Program-made: the position numbers and the translations under genes
The notes under the pieces: model-generated
Seen by the model: the letters and a program-made list of their open reading frames with translations, nothing else
Databases searched by the model: none
What the model was told of the DNA's origin: nothing
Source: a virus
Lineage: Duplodnaviria; Caudoviricetes
Length of the DNA: 24,310 bases
Direction: 5' to 3' (one strand)
IMG/VR virus record: IMGVR_UViG_3300044608_000444
Location: 1 to 24,310 of that record
Shown: piece after piece, positions 1 to 8,790 of the stretch
Numbering within the stretch: the first letter of the stretch is position 1
How the letters are laid out: each line of letters begins with the position of its first letter

Positions 1-121
1 AAATGGCGGTGCCATAGTTCCGAGCAATCGGAATCTGGCGGATTGCACCAGCATAAGGTAGGCCGTTCAGTTCATTGATCGGCTTGAAACCGTATGCGGC
101 GTCAACAGAGGGGTAAGCCAT
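1..121 (-). CDS. Virion/head protein, N-terminal part (runs off the window); probably the head protein encoded next to the major capsid gene
   Basis: Not in the ORF track. ATG at 121-119 preceded by AGGAG; reads MAYPSVDAAYGFKPINELNGLPYAGAIRQIPIARNYGTAI to the edge; lies downstream of the scaffold in the head operon. Confidence 0.7.
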   Translation of the reverse strand, partial: MAYPSVDAAYGFKPINELNGLPYAGAIRQIPIARNYGTAI

Positions 122-141
122 GTTGGACTCCTAACAGGGTT

Positions 142-591
142 TTAACCGCGTCCGAACTTCACCTCAGAGCGCCGCTCCTTGAAGACGGGCATCCGGGGGT
201 CATTCTCGCGCATGAAGGCGTTGTCAACCGACTGCATCTGTCCTTCAGTTTGACGCTGATAGTACGAATTGCGTTGGTCAACAAACTCTTTAGGTGTTTT
301 GCAAAGGATGAGTCCACCGATCTCGATACTATCTGGAAACCGGGGCTTGTCCCCAGTTGCCATGATCTGGATTTCGGGATGCTCAGATGCCTTCACAGGC
401 TCCCAACCTTCGCGGAGTTTTGCGGAAACATGGCCCGGGTCGGCGGTGCCAAGAGTGCTGATACGGATCCAACGGAACTCGTAACCATCCTCCGGGTTGG
501 GGCTCGGCAGCAGTTCAGGTGGCATCCACTGCTTGGGACGCTCCATCTTTGCTCGGGTATCCAGATCTCGGGGGATTCGATTTTCAGCCAT
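142..591 (-). CDS. Conserved phage hypothetical protein of the head module
   Basis: 149 aa ORF overlapping the scaffold stop; YEFRWIR...KLREGWEPV...IGGLILCK pattern recalled from proteins found between scaffold and capsid genes. Confidence 0.75.
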   Translation of the reverse strand: MAENRIPRDLDTRAKMERPKQWMPPELLPSPNPEDGYEFRWIRISTLGTADPGHVSAKLREGWEPVKASEHPEIQIMATGDKPRFPDSIEIGGLILCKTPKEFVDQRNSYYQRQTEGQMQSVDNAFMRENDPRMPVFKERRSEVKFGRG

Positions 592-1525
592 TTTGTTTCC
601 TCAATTCTTCCGCAACCTGACGTGCATAGACTTCCAGAGGGAGGCCCAGACGCTTGGCGAGATTAACTTGTGATTGGGTCAGCACGATTTTCTTGGGCGC
701 GGTGCTGCGGGAAGCGGGTGCCACGACGTTGGACTTTTTTGCTACCTTTTCCGAGGGGAAAGCATCGGGGAAAAGTTGCCGTACACGACCGTTGATGCGG
801 TCATAGTACTCATCACTCGTCGGATCCACCCCACTTTCTACAAGTTTGCGATGAACCGTTATGGCTACTGCGGTCATTTCGTCATCGACGCCGAACCACG
901 GATTGGCTTGTTGCCACGCACGGGCTTTCGGATCGACCGGGGCAGTTTCCTTAACCGGCTGTGGATCGGGTTGTACCACAGGTTTTTCCTGCTGTACAGG
1001 TGCCGGTTTGAAATTATTGACCCGTTCGGCCTTGATCTTGGCAGCGGTCAGGGCTTCCTGGGCCTCAACCAACTTATCTGCGTCCCCAGACTCGTACGCA
1101 TCACGGTATTTCCGCTTGGCGTCCTCAATTTCCGTGGCCACCACCTTCTTGGCCTGCTCCAGAAGGGCTTGTTGGGTTTGGCCCTGGGAACTCTGGAGTT
1201 TCTTGTTCTCCTCCATGAGTTGTTGGGCAAACCGTACAGCCTCCTCTCGCTCACGGAGCGCGGCTTCTTTTGCCCGACGCTCATCGTGATAACCCTTAGA
1301 GAAGTGCTGAATGCGCTTCTTAACCCCGTCTGAATACTGGGCCAGTTCGTCATCCGTGACTTCGGCAGGGGGCTCCTTCATGGGGGCGCGGCCACGATCC
1401 TCGGGTGGCGTGTCATCCACCACTTCGACCTCAGCCTCACCTTCGACTTCAAACTGAACTTCGTCGTCCTTCTTGTCCTCGACTTTCTCGTCAGGGAACT
1501 TGAACTCATTCTTGTCAAGCGGCAT
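584..1525 (-). CDS. Putative capsid scaffolding protein
   Basis: 313 aa, acidic N-terminus, long coiled-coil (E/Q/K/A-rich), NPWFG motif, basic C-terminal tail (LAKRLGLPLEVYAR); AAGGAGG RBS; position between portal and capsid genes. Confidence 0.7.
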   Translation of the reverse strand: MPLDKNEFKFPDEKVEDKKDDEVQFEVEGEAEVEVVDDTPPEDRGRAPMKEPPAEVTDDELAQYSDGVKKRIQHFSKGYHDERRAKEAALREREEAVRFAQQLMEENKKLQSSQGQTQQALLEQAKKVVATEIEDAKRKYRDAYESGDADKLVEAQEALTAAKIKAERVNNFKPAPVQQEKPVVQPDPQPVKETAPVDPKARAWQQANPWFGVDDEMTAVAITVHRKLVESGVDPTSDEYYDRINGRVRQLFPDAFPSEKVAKKSNVVAPASRSTAPKKIVLTQSQVNLAKRLGLPLEVYARQVAEELRKQNG

Positions 1526-1534
1526 ACGTCCTCC

Positions 1535-1939
1535 TTATGCCCGTGAGATACCACGGGGGTCTTCCACCACGGCTTCCACGGAATCGTCGTTGATGATGCG
1601 GAACTCCCGACCGTGAATCTTCACGCGAGTGCCCGTATTGGGTCGTACCAGAACGAAGTCCCCAGGCTTGCACGACGGCCCACTGGGGAAGCGGGTTTTG
1701 TCGCCGTAAGCGTCTGGCCCCACCTTCATCACAAACAGTACGGGAGACATGACTTCTTCGAAGTGCAGGGTCTGCCCCGCCTTTACGAGTCCGCTCTCAT
1801 ACTCACGGTCAATCTCCGGTAGCGCACAGAGTAGGTGGTAGGTGGCAGGATCGGGAAGTTGCTTGGCCTTCTCTTCTGCTGTCTCCGGCAGCGTAGTTGG
1901 CACGGCATCTTCGCCGGTACTTAGGAGGATTTCACTCAT
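1535..1939 (-). CDS. groES: GroES/Cpn10-like co-chaperonin
   Basis: Start trimmed to ATG 1939 (MSEILL...). Motifs SGLVK, VMKVGPDAY, CKPGDFVL, GTRVKIHGREFRIINDDSVEAVV match the Cpn10 pattern. Confidence 0.85.
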   Translation of the reverse strand: MSEILLSTGEDAVPTTLPETAEEKAKQLPDPATYHLLCALPEIDREYESGLVKAGQTLHFEEVMSPVLFVMKVGPDAYGDKTRFPSGPSCKPGDFVLVRPNTGTRVKIHGREFRIINDDSVEAVVEDPRGISRA

Positions 1940-2126
1940 CGTCGTCTTGCTCCATCTTTCGCACGAGGTCGGTGATATAGGAATGCGCAACTGAGAGACC
2001 CCGGATCTCGCCGCACATCGAACGGTACTCGGAATAGTCCCGAGCACCACCAGTAATAAGAGCCTGGGCGATGGATTCCCGCGACTCCTCAATCTCTTTC
2101 AACACCACGGAAAACGCAGTGGCCAT
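1932..2126 (-). CDS. Small conserved phage hypothetical protein
   Basis: ATG 2126 with AGGAG 6 nt upstream; DYSEYRSMCGEIRGL motif typical of the small gene preceding phage groES; overlaps the groES start. Confidence 0.75.
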   Translation of the reverse strand: MATAFSVVLKEIEESRESIAQALITGGARDYSEYRSMCGEIRGLSVAHSYITDLVRKMEQDDDE

Positions 2127-2128
2127 GT

Positions 2129-2977
2129 TCACTCCTTTGTTTCAGCGTCTACTGCTGCTACAACATCCATCACCTTGTCCCTACCGATGACGGTCGAAAA
2201 GTATTCAATGATGTCGTCTATGGGGCGTCCGATCTCCCGCCACCCAATGATGTAGTTGCGGATGCGGTCCTCCCAGACGTTGGGATACCTAGTCCCCAGG
2301 GGGCGTTCGAACCGGTGTATCCACCGTAGTGCAGGCAAGCACAGCGTCCGGCGTCCGGCTTTGCGAAACTTCTCGTGGATGTAGAACTCCTCACCCCCAA
2401 AGCCACGGAAGCGGCGGTTGAACCCCAACCATGCACGCTTGCGGCACGAGAACAGCCCAAGCCCCTGGGCCGGGATGTCAAACGGCTCACCATACTTGTC
2501 TGCTGCACGGGGGTCGTTGTCCCAATCCCCGTACAGCCCACGCTCCCACTTCGGTGTGAAGTGAGAAGACATGTTGTAGATGTCATCGTAGACGAGTGGA
2601 CCTTGTATCAGGTCGTCGCTTTCCGGGTGTGCATCGTAGTAATCAAGCAGTGCGCGGATGCCTCCCGGCTCCACAAGCACGTGTGAGTCCATGCACAAGA
2701 CCAACTCGGTGCTGGCCTCTTCAAAAATCAAGTCACGTACCGCAGTGCCCTTGATCTTGTCCGTGGCGATGTAGCGCCCGTTCCAGACGTGCTTGTCCAC
2801 AAAGTTTTTGTTGAACTCCGCGTGCTGCCCTTCGGGGCAGTTGTCTATCACCAAGAACTTAATCCGGTGGGGATCAGCGTCTTGGTGATAGTAGCGAAGC
2901 GCCTGGATGGTGAAGTACAGACCGTCATAGTCCTCGTACGTCGCCATCCCAATCGTGAGTTTTTCAGGAAGTCGCAC
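2129..2977 (-). CDS. Glycosyltransferase, GT-A fold (GT2 / ppGalNAc-T-like)
   Basis: LTIGMATYE, FLVIDN, VLCMDSH (DxH metal motif), GLGLFS, GFGGEE, WIHRF motifs. Confidence 0.85.
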   Translation of the reverse strand: MRLPEKLTIGMATYEDYDGLYFTIQALRYYHQDADPHRIKFLVIDNCPEGQHAEFNKNFVDKHVWNGRYIATDKIKGTAVRDLIFEEASTELVLCMDSHVLVEPGGIRALLDYYDAHPESDDLIQGPLVYDDIYNMSSHFTPKWERGLYGDWDNDPRAADKYGEPFDIPAQGLGLFSCRKRAWLGFNRRFRGFGGEEFYIHEKFRKAGRRTLCLPALRWIHRFERPLGTRYPNVWEDRIRNYIIGWREIGRPIDDIIEYFSTVIGRDKVMDVVAAVDAETKE

Positions 2978-2991
2978 TGAATACTCGTTAG

Positions 2992-5394
2992 TTATTGTGT
3001 TTTAGGTGTCTGCCGGGGCTTCATCATGTTCTTGACCAGATCTGCGCGGATCTTCTTGTCACCCTGACGAGCCTGATTAGCCTGACGCATTTGCTCCTTC
3101 TGCATCTCCACAGCGATGCGCTCACGCTCCAGGCGAATCTTCTCCTGGGCGATCTGGAAGTCACGCTGCGAGTCCTGCTCTTTGCGCTGCAACTCCTGAG
3201 CCTTGAGGGCGAGTTCCTGTTGCGCCATCTGCAACTGCGGGTTCTGGGCCATCTGTTGAGCCTGAGCCTGCTGCGCTTTGTTGACGTTACTCTGAAGAAG
3301 TTGTTGTGCAGCCTGAGCCACCAGACGTGACAACTGCACCTCGGTGTTCTCGTCCAACTCGGCATCCGGCGGCGTCATGGGCACACCCAACTGCTCCTCA
3401 ATCTGACGGCGGTAGGCGAACGCCATGTGCTCTGCAATGTGAGCCATGACCGCTGCACCCATCTGCTGTCCCATCGGAGACTGCCCGATCATCTGCATGA
3501 TCATCGGATCCTGCATGAGCGCCATGTGCGTGGCGATATGCGCCTGATGATCTTGATAAATGAATGCTTTCGTCGGCTTGCCCGTGAGGAAACTCATGTT
3601 CTCGCTGATCGGATCACGGGGCTTCTGATCCTCCTCGACCGGCACCAACTTGTCGGCGTTCTTGATGCCCAAGACCTCAAGCATCTGGCGGTGCAACTGG
3701 GGCAGATCGTAGATCTGCGGTGCACCTTGAGCCAACTGGAGCGCGGCTTGATACTGCATGATCCGCTGCGCCATCGTGGAGGCGTTGGGATCAGAGACCG
3801 GGATCACCTCAACGAGGTCATAGTCAGCCTGCTTGGCTGCGACGTTACCGCCTACGGGGACGTAAGAATAGTCCTCCGGCATGTAGTCCCTGATGATCTG
3901 CTTGAGCAGACGGAACTCCATCTTCAGGCTGTCGTGCACGCGGGCCTGAACCGCGCTCATGGTCTTGAGTTGGCGCTCCAAGAGGGCAAGCGTGGTACCC
4001 ACGGGAGCCTGGGCCGACATGTCGCTGATGTTCAGGTCAGCGATAGCGGCCAGACGACGACCTTCTTCCGTGATGCGCTCAAGGAGTCCTGCCAGAACCT
4101 GACTCGGTTCTTTGTACGGCAGGTGCATGATGTTGTCACGGATCGTGCCGGACGGGACATCTACATCTCGGAATTCACCCGGGGCGATGGGGGTGTCGTC
4201 GCCTTTGACTCGGAGTCCACGGGACTTGAGACCGCCCGGGAGGTTGCTGAGGGTACCGGCGTCAACCAACTGGCGAATAATCGCGGTCCCTGCACGAGCA
4301 TAGCCACCAACAATATGAATGAAGCCAAGGCCATAAGCACCAAAGCCAGGGATATAAGTGTACTGAACGAAGTGCTGTCGTTTGAGGTGTCGCTCATCGC
4401 CTTCCTCCCAGTTACGTCGGATTGCCAGAACCTTCTGTGACCCCCGATCAACTGTGATGATGTATGGGTATGCAACCCCATCCTCACTCTCGTAACCGGG
4501 CATGTCCCAGTCCACATGAATCTCAAGCACCTGATACCGGTCATCGTCGGTCAGGGTGTAGCCACCTTCCTCGGCTTTCTTCTTCTCGATATCCGTGAAG
4601 ATCCGCACCGGCTCGCCCAGTTCCACCTCCCGGTAGAACCCGACAGCCATCAGTTTCTTCAGGTCATTCTCAGTCTTGCGCATGACGTGCGTGACCCGCT
4701 CGGCCTTGTACACGTTTGACGCGCCATACGGCATGATGATGTCTTCAGCCGGGATGAACGGTGCGGTCTGCCGCCCGATAGTCGGGTCGTAGTACACCTT
4801 CTTGAACGCCGAGCCTGCCAAGCCCAGGTTGTAGAGCATGCGCTCATGCTCGGGCCGGTATTCAATCATCTCGTCCGTGAGGCGATAGTTCATGTCGTCA
4901 CGAACACGCTCTGCGGCATCCTCGTTCTCACGAGTGACTTCACCAATGATCTGAGTCTTCACCGGGCCTTGAGCCGGGAATGTCTCGGTGATCATCTCCG
5001 ACTGGAACCGGATCGCCGCTTCCGTGAGGATGGGTGAGTACACGCCACACGCACCGAGCCAGGGCTCTGCACGCTCTTCGTACTTCATCCCCAGGACTTC
5101 CAGACCCTTGACGTACATGTCGGCCCAGTCCTTGCGGCTGCTGATGTCAGCATCCACCAGACCGACGAGTTCAGATGCCAAGTTCTCCAGGGCACCCTCC
5201 TCCATGTATTCGGCGAGGTTTGCGTCGAATGACTCGTCACCCTTTGTTTCTTCCTCGGGCTCCAGATCAATCTCGACCCCACCAGCCACGATCCTCATGG
5301 ACTCGGGGTTCTCGACCTCAATCTCCAGAGCAGGCTCTTCAGTCAGCATGTCGGGGTCCAACGTGGTCAGACCCTTGTCAATGTTTGTAGCCAT
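2992..5394 (-). CDS. Portal (head-tail connector) protein with long Gln-rich C-terminal extension
   Basis: 800 aa directly downstream of terL; SFDANLAE, LAGSAFKKVYYD, YGLGFIH, RQLVDAGTLSNLPGGLK, GEFRDVD, PVGTTLALLE motifs recalled from this portal group. Confidence 0.85.
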   Translation of the reverse strand: MATNIDKGLTTLDPDMLTEEPALEIEVENPESMRIVAGGVEIDLEPEEETKGDESFDANLAEYMEEGALENLASELVGLVDADISSRKDWADMYVKGLEVLGMKYEERAEPWLGACGVYSPILTEAAIRFQSEMITETFPAQGPVKTQIIGEVTRENEDAAERVRDDMNYRLTDEMIEYRPEHERMLYNLGLAGSAFKKVYYDPTIGRQTAPFIPAEDIIMPYGASNVYKAERVTHVMRKTENDLKKLMAVGFYREVELGEPVRIFTDIEKKKAEEGGYTLTDDDRYQVLEIHVDWDMPGYESEDGVAYPYIITVDRGSQKVLAIRRNWEEGDERHLKRQHFVQYTYIPGFGAYGLGFIHIVGGYARAGTAIIRQLVDAGTLSNLPGGLKSRGLRVKGDDTPIAPGEFRDVDVPSGTIRDNIMHLPYKEPSQVLAGLLERITEEGRRLAAIADLNISDMSAQAPVGTTLALLERQLKTMSAVQARVHDSLKMEFRLLKQIIRDYMPEDYSYVPVGGNVAAKQADYDLVEVIPVSDPNASTMAQRIMQYQAALQLAQGAPQIYDLPQLHRQMLEVLGIKNADKLVPVEEDQKPRDPISENMSFLTGKPTKAFIYQDHQAHIATHMALMQDPMIMQMIGQSPMGQQMGAAVMAHIAEHMAFAYRRQIEEQLGVPMTPPDAELDENTEVQLSRLVAQAAQQLLQSNVNKAQQAQAQQMAQNPQLQMAQQELALKAQELQRKEQDSQRDFQIAQEKIRLERERIAVEMQKEQMRQANQARQGDKKIRADLVKNMMKPRQTPKTQ

Positions 5395-5402
5395 GTGAAT
5401 CC

Positions 5403-6974
5403 TCAGTAATACCCCGCCCTACGCGGACTTTTGAAATAGCGAATCTCATCCTTCTCGTCGGTAGGCAGGCGAATGAAGCCGCCCTGACGGAACCGCATGA
5501 GGGCCATCACCGTGGAGTCCACCAAGTCGTCGTTAGTCATGAACGGAAATCCTGCGATTTCTTCTACGACTTCCTCGGCCCAACGTGTCTGTGGAACCCA
5601 ACACAACCCAGACTGCACGATGTCAGCCACCGAGTTTAGACGCGCTAACTTGTCACCGCTACCCCGGTGTGGTGTGTATTCCTGCACCGGCAAGCCCATG
5701 CGGCGCATCTCCTGATACAGGGCTGTACCGGCAGATTTCTTTTCCACGATGAACGAATCAGGCTCCCACTCCTTGTATTCCTCAAGGGCAAGTTTCTTGA
5801 GTTCAGGAAACTCCAGACGCTTCTTGATGGAGTTGAGCAGGATGATGGAGTGCCGGTCTTCTTCCTCATTGAAGAACACGCCCCACGTGGTTAGCGCAGT
5901 GAAGTCGGCACGATTGTTAGTCTCGGCAGCGGCGTCCAAAGACATGATGATGTACTCGCACGAGGGCGGATCCTCGGACTTCCACTCCTGCCACCAATCA
6001 CGCTTGATGACGGATGCTTCTTCTGCGGTGGGGTTCTGCTGATACTGGGCGTTCCACTGGAACACCGGCATAGACGCCTTGGTACGGTACAGCGCCTTGA
6101 GATCAAAGAACTCAGGCCAAAGCGGTTTTTCTATCGTTTTGTCAGGATCTGACGGGCTTGGGACGTTGAGAATGGCAGGAAACTCTACAACTTCATACTG
6201 ATCGGCATTCTCATTCTGGGCCATGTCACGGGTGACACGACCTGTCAGATCATCCAAATGCCACCGTGTCTGCACGATGGCCACACGTCCACCCGGCATC
6301 AAGCGCGTTCTTGCGCCGTAAGTAAACCACTCGTAGGCTTTTTCGAACACGTCGAAGTTGCCATTGATGATGTCCTGCTCGTTGTGTGGATCATCAACCA
6401 ATAACAAGTCAGCACCACGTCCAGCAAGTGCGGATCCGACACCACACGCAAAATATTCGCCGCCAAAGTTGGTGTTCCACCGCCCTGCGCTCTTGGAGTC
6501 CTGCGCCAACGACACGGTGGGGAAAACCTGCCGGTACAAGTCAGTGTCGATGATGTTTCGCACCTTCCGACCGAAGTCCACGGCCAGATCCGTGGTGTGC
6601 GACACCATCAGCACCTTCTTGTTTGGGTACTTCCCGATAAACCATGCGGGGAAGTAGATGGACACCAACTGGGATTTACCGTGGCGGGGCGGCATGTTCA
6701 CGCACACCCGGTCCTTGCTCCCCTCGGCGATGTCCATGAGCAGGTTAGCCAGACGCCGATGGTGCTTGCCCACCTTGTAGTCGGGCTGCATGTGCTTGCA
6801 GAACTCGATGAGATCGTTATGGCACCGGGCTGCGTGCTGCCGTTCCTCCAAAATAGAGGCAATTTTCAGGATCTCGGCCTGCTCTTCAGGAACAAACTGG
6901 TCAATGTTGTCCAGCATCTGCTGGACTTCCTCTGGCGTGAAGTCCAAAGCGGCAGAAAGCACCGCTTCAGTCAT
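5403..6974 (-). CDS. terL: Terminase large subunit
   Basis: Walker A MPPRHGKS, Walker B LLLVDDP, VQTRWH coupling motif, YQQNP, RNase H-like nuclease acidic residues (SLDAA, NDDLVDS). Confidence 0.95.
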   Translation of the reverse strand: MTEAVLSAALDFTPEEVQQMLDNIDQFVPEEQAEILKIASILEERQHAARCHNDLIEFCKHMQPDYKVGKHHRRLANLLMDIAEGSKDRVCVNMPPRHGKSQLVSIYFPAWFIGKYPNKKVLMVSHTTDLAVDFGRKVRNIIDTDLYRQVFPTVSLAQDSKSAGRWNTNFGGEYFACGVGSALAGRGADLLLVDDPHNEQDIINGNFDVFEKAYEWFTYGARTRLMPGGRVAIVQTRWHLDDLTGRVTRDMAQNENADQYEVVEFPAILNVPSPSDPDKTIEKPLWPEFFDLKALYRTKASMPVFQWNAQYQQNPTAEEASVIKRDWWQEWKSEDPPSCEYIIMSLDAAAETNNRADFTALTTWGVFFNEEEDRHSIILLNSIKKRLEFPELKKLALEEYKEWEPDSFIVEKKSAGTALYQEMRRMGLPVQEYTPHRGSGDKLARLNSVADIVQSGLCWVPQTRWAEEVVEEIAGFPFMTNDDLVDSTVMALMRFRQGGFIRLPTDEKDEIRYFKSPRRAGYY

Positions 6975-7590
6975 CAGAGTCCTCGATTTCGCTCTCGGGC
7001 GTCAGAATTTCCCCGTTTTTTGGGGGATCCAGGCCCAATTCCGCGTCCACGTCGATGATTTCCCCACCCAACTGCACCGGACGGGTCAGTTTCACGAGTT
7101 TCTCGCGCAGTTTTGCACGCAGTTCGTCCGTGGACTGGTGGGTAACCGTGACTTCTGTCTTGTCGGCGAAGAGTCCCACGTCCGAAACCTTACCCAGGAG
7201 TTCCAAAGCACGGACTCGGATGCGCGGATCGGGGTTCTGAGACTCCTCAATCAGCCGATTTGTCACCGCATGACGCAACTCCACGGCGTGGGTGACCACC
7301 GCACGGCCATACTCATCCAGATAAGACCGGATGTTGATCAGGGAGGCGGGGGTTAGGGTCGATGCACGGGCGTGTGTAACCTGTGCCGACGTGGTTTGCG
7401 GGTCTACCGCATAAGAAGACAGTAGTCCGGCGGCAGTTTCTTTGTCCGCTTGGGTCTCTTTGACCTCAAGCCCATGCTCTTGCAGCGTGTTAATAGAGGC
7501 GCACGCTGCCCTTGCGCGTTCACGCAGGTCTACGTAGTCCGTATCAGGTGGGATCTCGATGCCGAGTTCCACAGGAATTTCAATTGTCAT
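6967..7590 (-). CDS. terS: Putative terminase small subunit
   Basis: Immediately upstream of and overlapping terL; DPRIRVRALELLGKVSDVGLF matches the 'ALELLGK..G.F' TerS C-terminal signature; ATG 7590 preferred over TTG 7596. Confidence 0.7.
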   Translation of the reverse strand: MTIEIPVELGIEIPPDTDYVDLRERARAACASINTLQEHGLEVKETQADKETAAGLLSSYAVDPQTTSAQVTHARASTLTPASLINIRSYLDEYGRAVVTHAVELRHAVTNRLIEESQNPDPRIRVRALELLGKVSDVGLFADKTEVTVTHQSTDELRAKLREKLVKLTRPVQLGGEIIDVDAELGLDPPKNGEILTPESEIEDSDD

Positions 7591-7625
7591 GCGCAAGCCA
7601 ACGAGGGGTTAGCCGAATGCAGCGG

Positions 7626-7634
7626 AATGTAGCA
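7626..7634 (-). promoter_or_regulatory. Possible extended -10 promoter for the packaging/head operon
   Basis: Minus strand reads TG-C-TACATT about 35 nt upstream of the terS ATG, preceded by an A-tract; no clear -35. Confidence 0.35.
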
Positions 7635-7650
7635 CAAGATTTTTTGTTTT

Positions 7651-7740
7651 GGGAAGGAGGTTGGGACTCCTACCGGGGGGTGTTTCTATATTGAGGGGGT
7701 GGGTTAGGGTTTACCCTGGGGTAATTAAGGGGGGAGGGGG
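7651..7740 (+). other. G-tract cluster (G-quadruplex potential)
   Basis: Multiple runs of >=3 G, e.g. GGGGGTGGGTTAGGGTTTACCCTGGGGTAATTAAGGGGGGAGGGGG. Confidence 0.5.
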
Positions 7741-7890
7741 TTGTTTGTGTGGAATAGCATGCCTAGACGCGCGTGGGGCCCACGCTGCCAATATGCCCTC
7801 CCCCCAGGTGGGTGGGGTCGCGCCGCGCCGGATTCGGTTTTCCCCTGGCCATGGCCATGCGGCGCTGCCGCGCTGCGGCCCTCGCGCCAG

Positions 7891-7911
7891 AATCTAGTCG
7901 CCGACTAGATT
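7891..7911. promoter_or_regulatory. Palindromic operator-like site, copy 1
   Basis: AATCTAGTCG-C-CGACTAGATT perfect inverted repeat, about 20 bp upstream of the -35 at 7931. Confidence 0.75.
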
Positions 7912-7930
7912 ATCTGATTGTGTGTTTCCC

Positions 7931-7959
7931 TTGCGGATCGTGTCAGAACATTACACAAT
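7931..7959 (+). promoter_or_regulatory. Sigma70-like promoter for the 8020 gene
   Basis: TTGCGG-N17-CACAAT followed by a 5' hairpin (7967-8000). Confidence 0.55.
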
Positions 7960-8019
7960 TCAACCCATCGGTTCACACCACGTGTTGATGGTGTGCCGAT
8001 TACCTGAAAGGTACTGACC

Positions 8020-8556
8020 ATGAATGCAACCGTTAAGTTTCCCTCTGCTGCCACGTGCACCATTGTGATTGACGCCCTCAAGGGTGACGTGACTCAGTCG
8101 AATCGTTGGAAGAAGGCCGCTGACGCCCTCAGTGCTGATGGGGTCACGGCAGCATCCCTGGCAACCGTGAAGAAGGGTGGCAATGAGGATCTGCGCACCT
8201 TTGTGAAGGCCAAGATCGTGATGCCCTCATTCACTGCCGCTGAGCAGCGTTTGCTTGAGACCCCCACGAAGGGCCTGAGTGATGAGAAGAAGGGCAAGAA
8301 GGCCACCCTTCAGATGGACGTGGGTTCGCGCCTCAGCAAGATCGAGCGCCACCTGCAAGCCGCTGAGGAAGCCGCTGCCGCTGCCCTTGAGGGTGAATCA
8401 GAGGGCGCAGGTGCGAAGAAGCCCACGAAGGAAGATACGTGGCGCAAGACCCTGAGCACCATTGTGGATCAGGCACAGAAGGCCGAGGGTGCGAAGGTCA
8501 ACGATGTTTCAGCCTTCATCAAGGCACTCAAGGACGCTATCGCACGCATCCAGTAA
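8020..8556 (+). CDS. Hypothetical Ala/Lys-rich early protein (monocistronic)
   Basis: 178 aa ORF, AAAGG RBS, strong codon bias (AAG, GCC), own promoter and terminator. Confidence 0.8.
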   Translation: MNATVKFPSAATCTIVIDALKGDVTQSNRWKKAADALSADGVTAASLATVKKGGNEDLRTFVKAKIVMPSFTAAEQRLLETPTKGLSDEKKGKKATLQMDVGSRLSKIERHLQAAEEAAAAALEGESEGAGAKKPTKEDTWRKTLSTIVDQAQKAEGAKVNDVSAFIKALKDAIARIQ

Positions 8557-8570
8557 GACCCTACCCTTTG

Positions 8571-8597
8571 AGCCCCGCTTCGGCGGGGCTTTTTTTT
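8571..8597 (+). terminator. Rho-independent terminator
   Basis: AGCCCCGC-TTCG-GCGGGGCT stem with cUUCGg loop followed by a T run. Confidence 0.92.
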
Positions 8598-8631
8598 GCC
8601 CTAAGTTTTTTGGGTGGGATCTCCCCACCCT

Positions 8632-8790
8632 TGATGCCAGTGACTCACAGCAGCGGCGAGGGGCGCGGCGAACATTACGTGTGAGCCAGTGATCCCCCTG
8701 CGTCAGTGAACACCGTATAACAATCTAGTCGGCGACTAGAAAAAGATGATGCCAGTGACCTACAGAAGCGGCGAGTGGCGCGCGACAATG
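8632..8790 (+). repeat. Imperfect ~44 bp direct repeat (2 copies) with a third GCCAGTGA core
   Basis: TGATGCCAGTGACTCACAGCAGCGGCGAGGGGCGCG at 8632 vs TGATGCCAGTGACCTACAGAAGCGGCGAGTGGCGCG at 8747; GCCAGTGA also at 8685. Confidence 0.8.
8724..8740. promoter_or_regulatory. Palindromic operator-like site, copy 2
   Basis: TCTAGTCG-G-CGACTAGA. Confidence 0.75.

Noticed and set aside
3427-4440. 337-aa + strand ORF and other long antisense ORFs over portal, terL, scaffold and polA
   Set aside because: Shadow frames of GC-rich coding genes; no RBS or recognisable motifs
7700-7709. GGGTTAGGG telomere-like repeat
   Set aside because: Single occurrence within a G-rich tract; expected by chance
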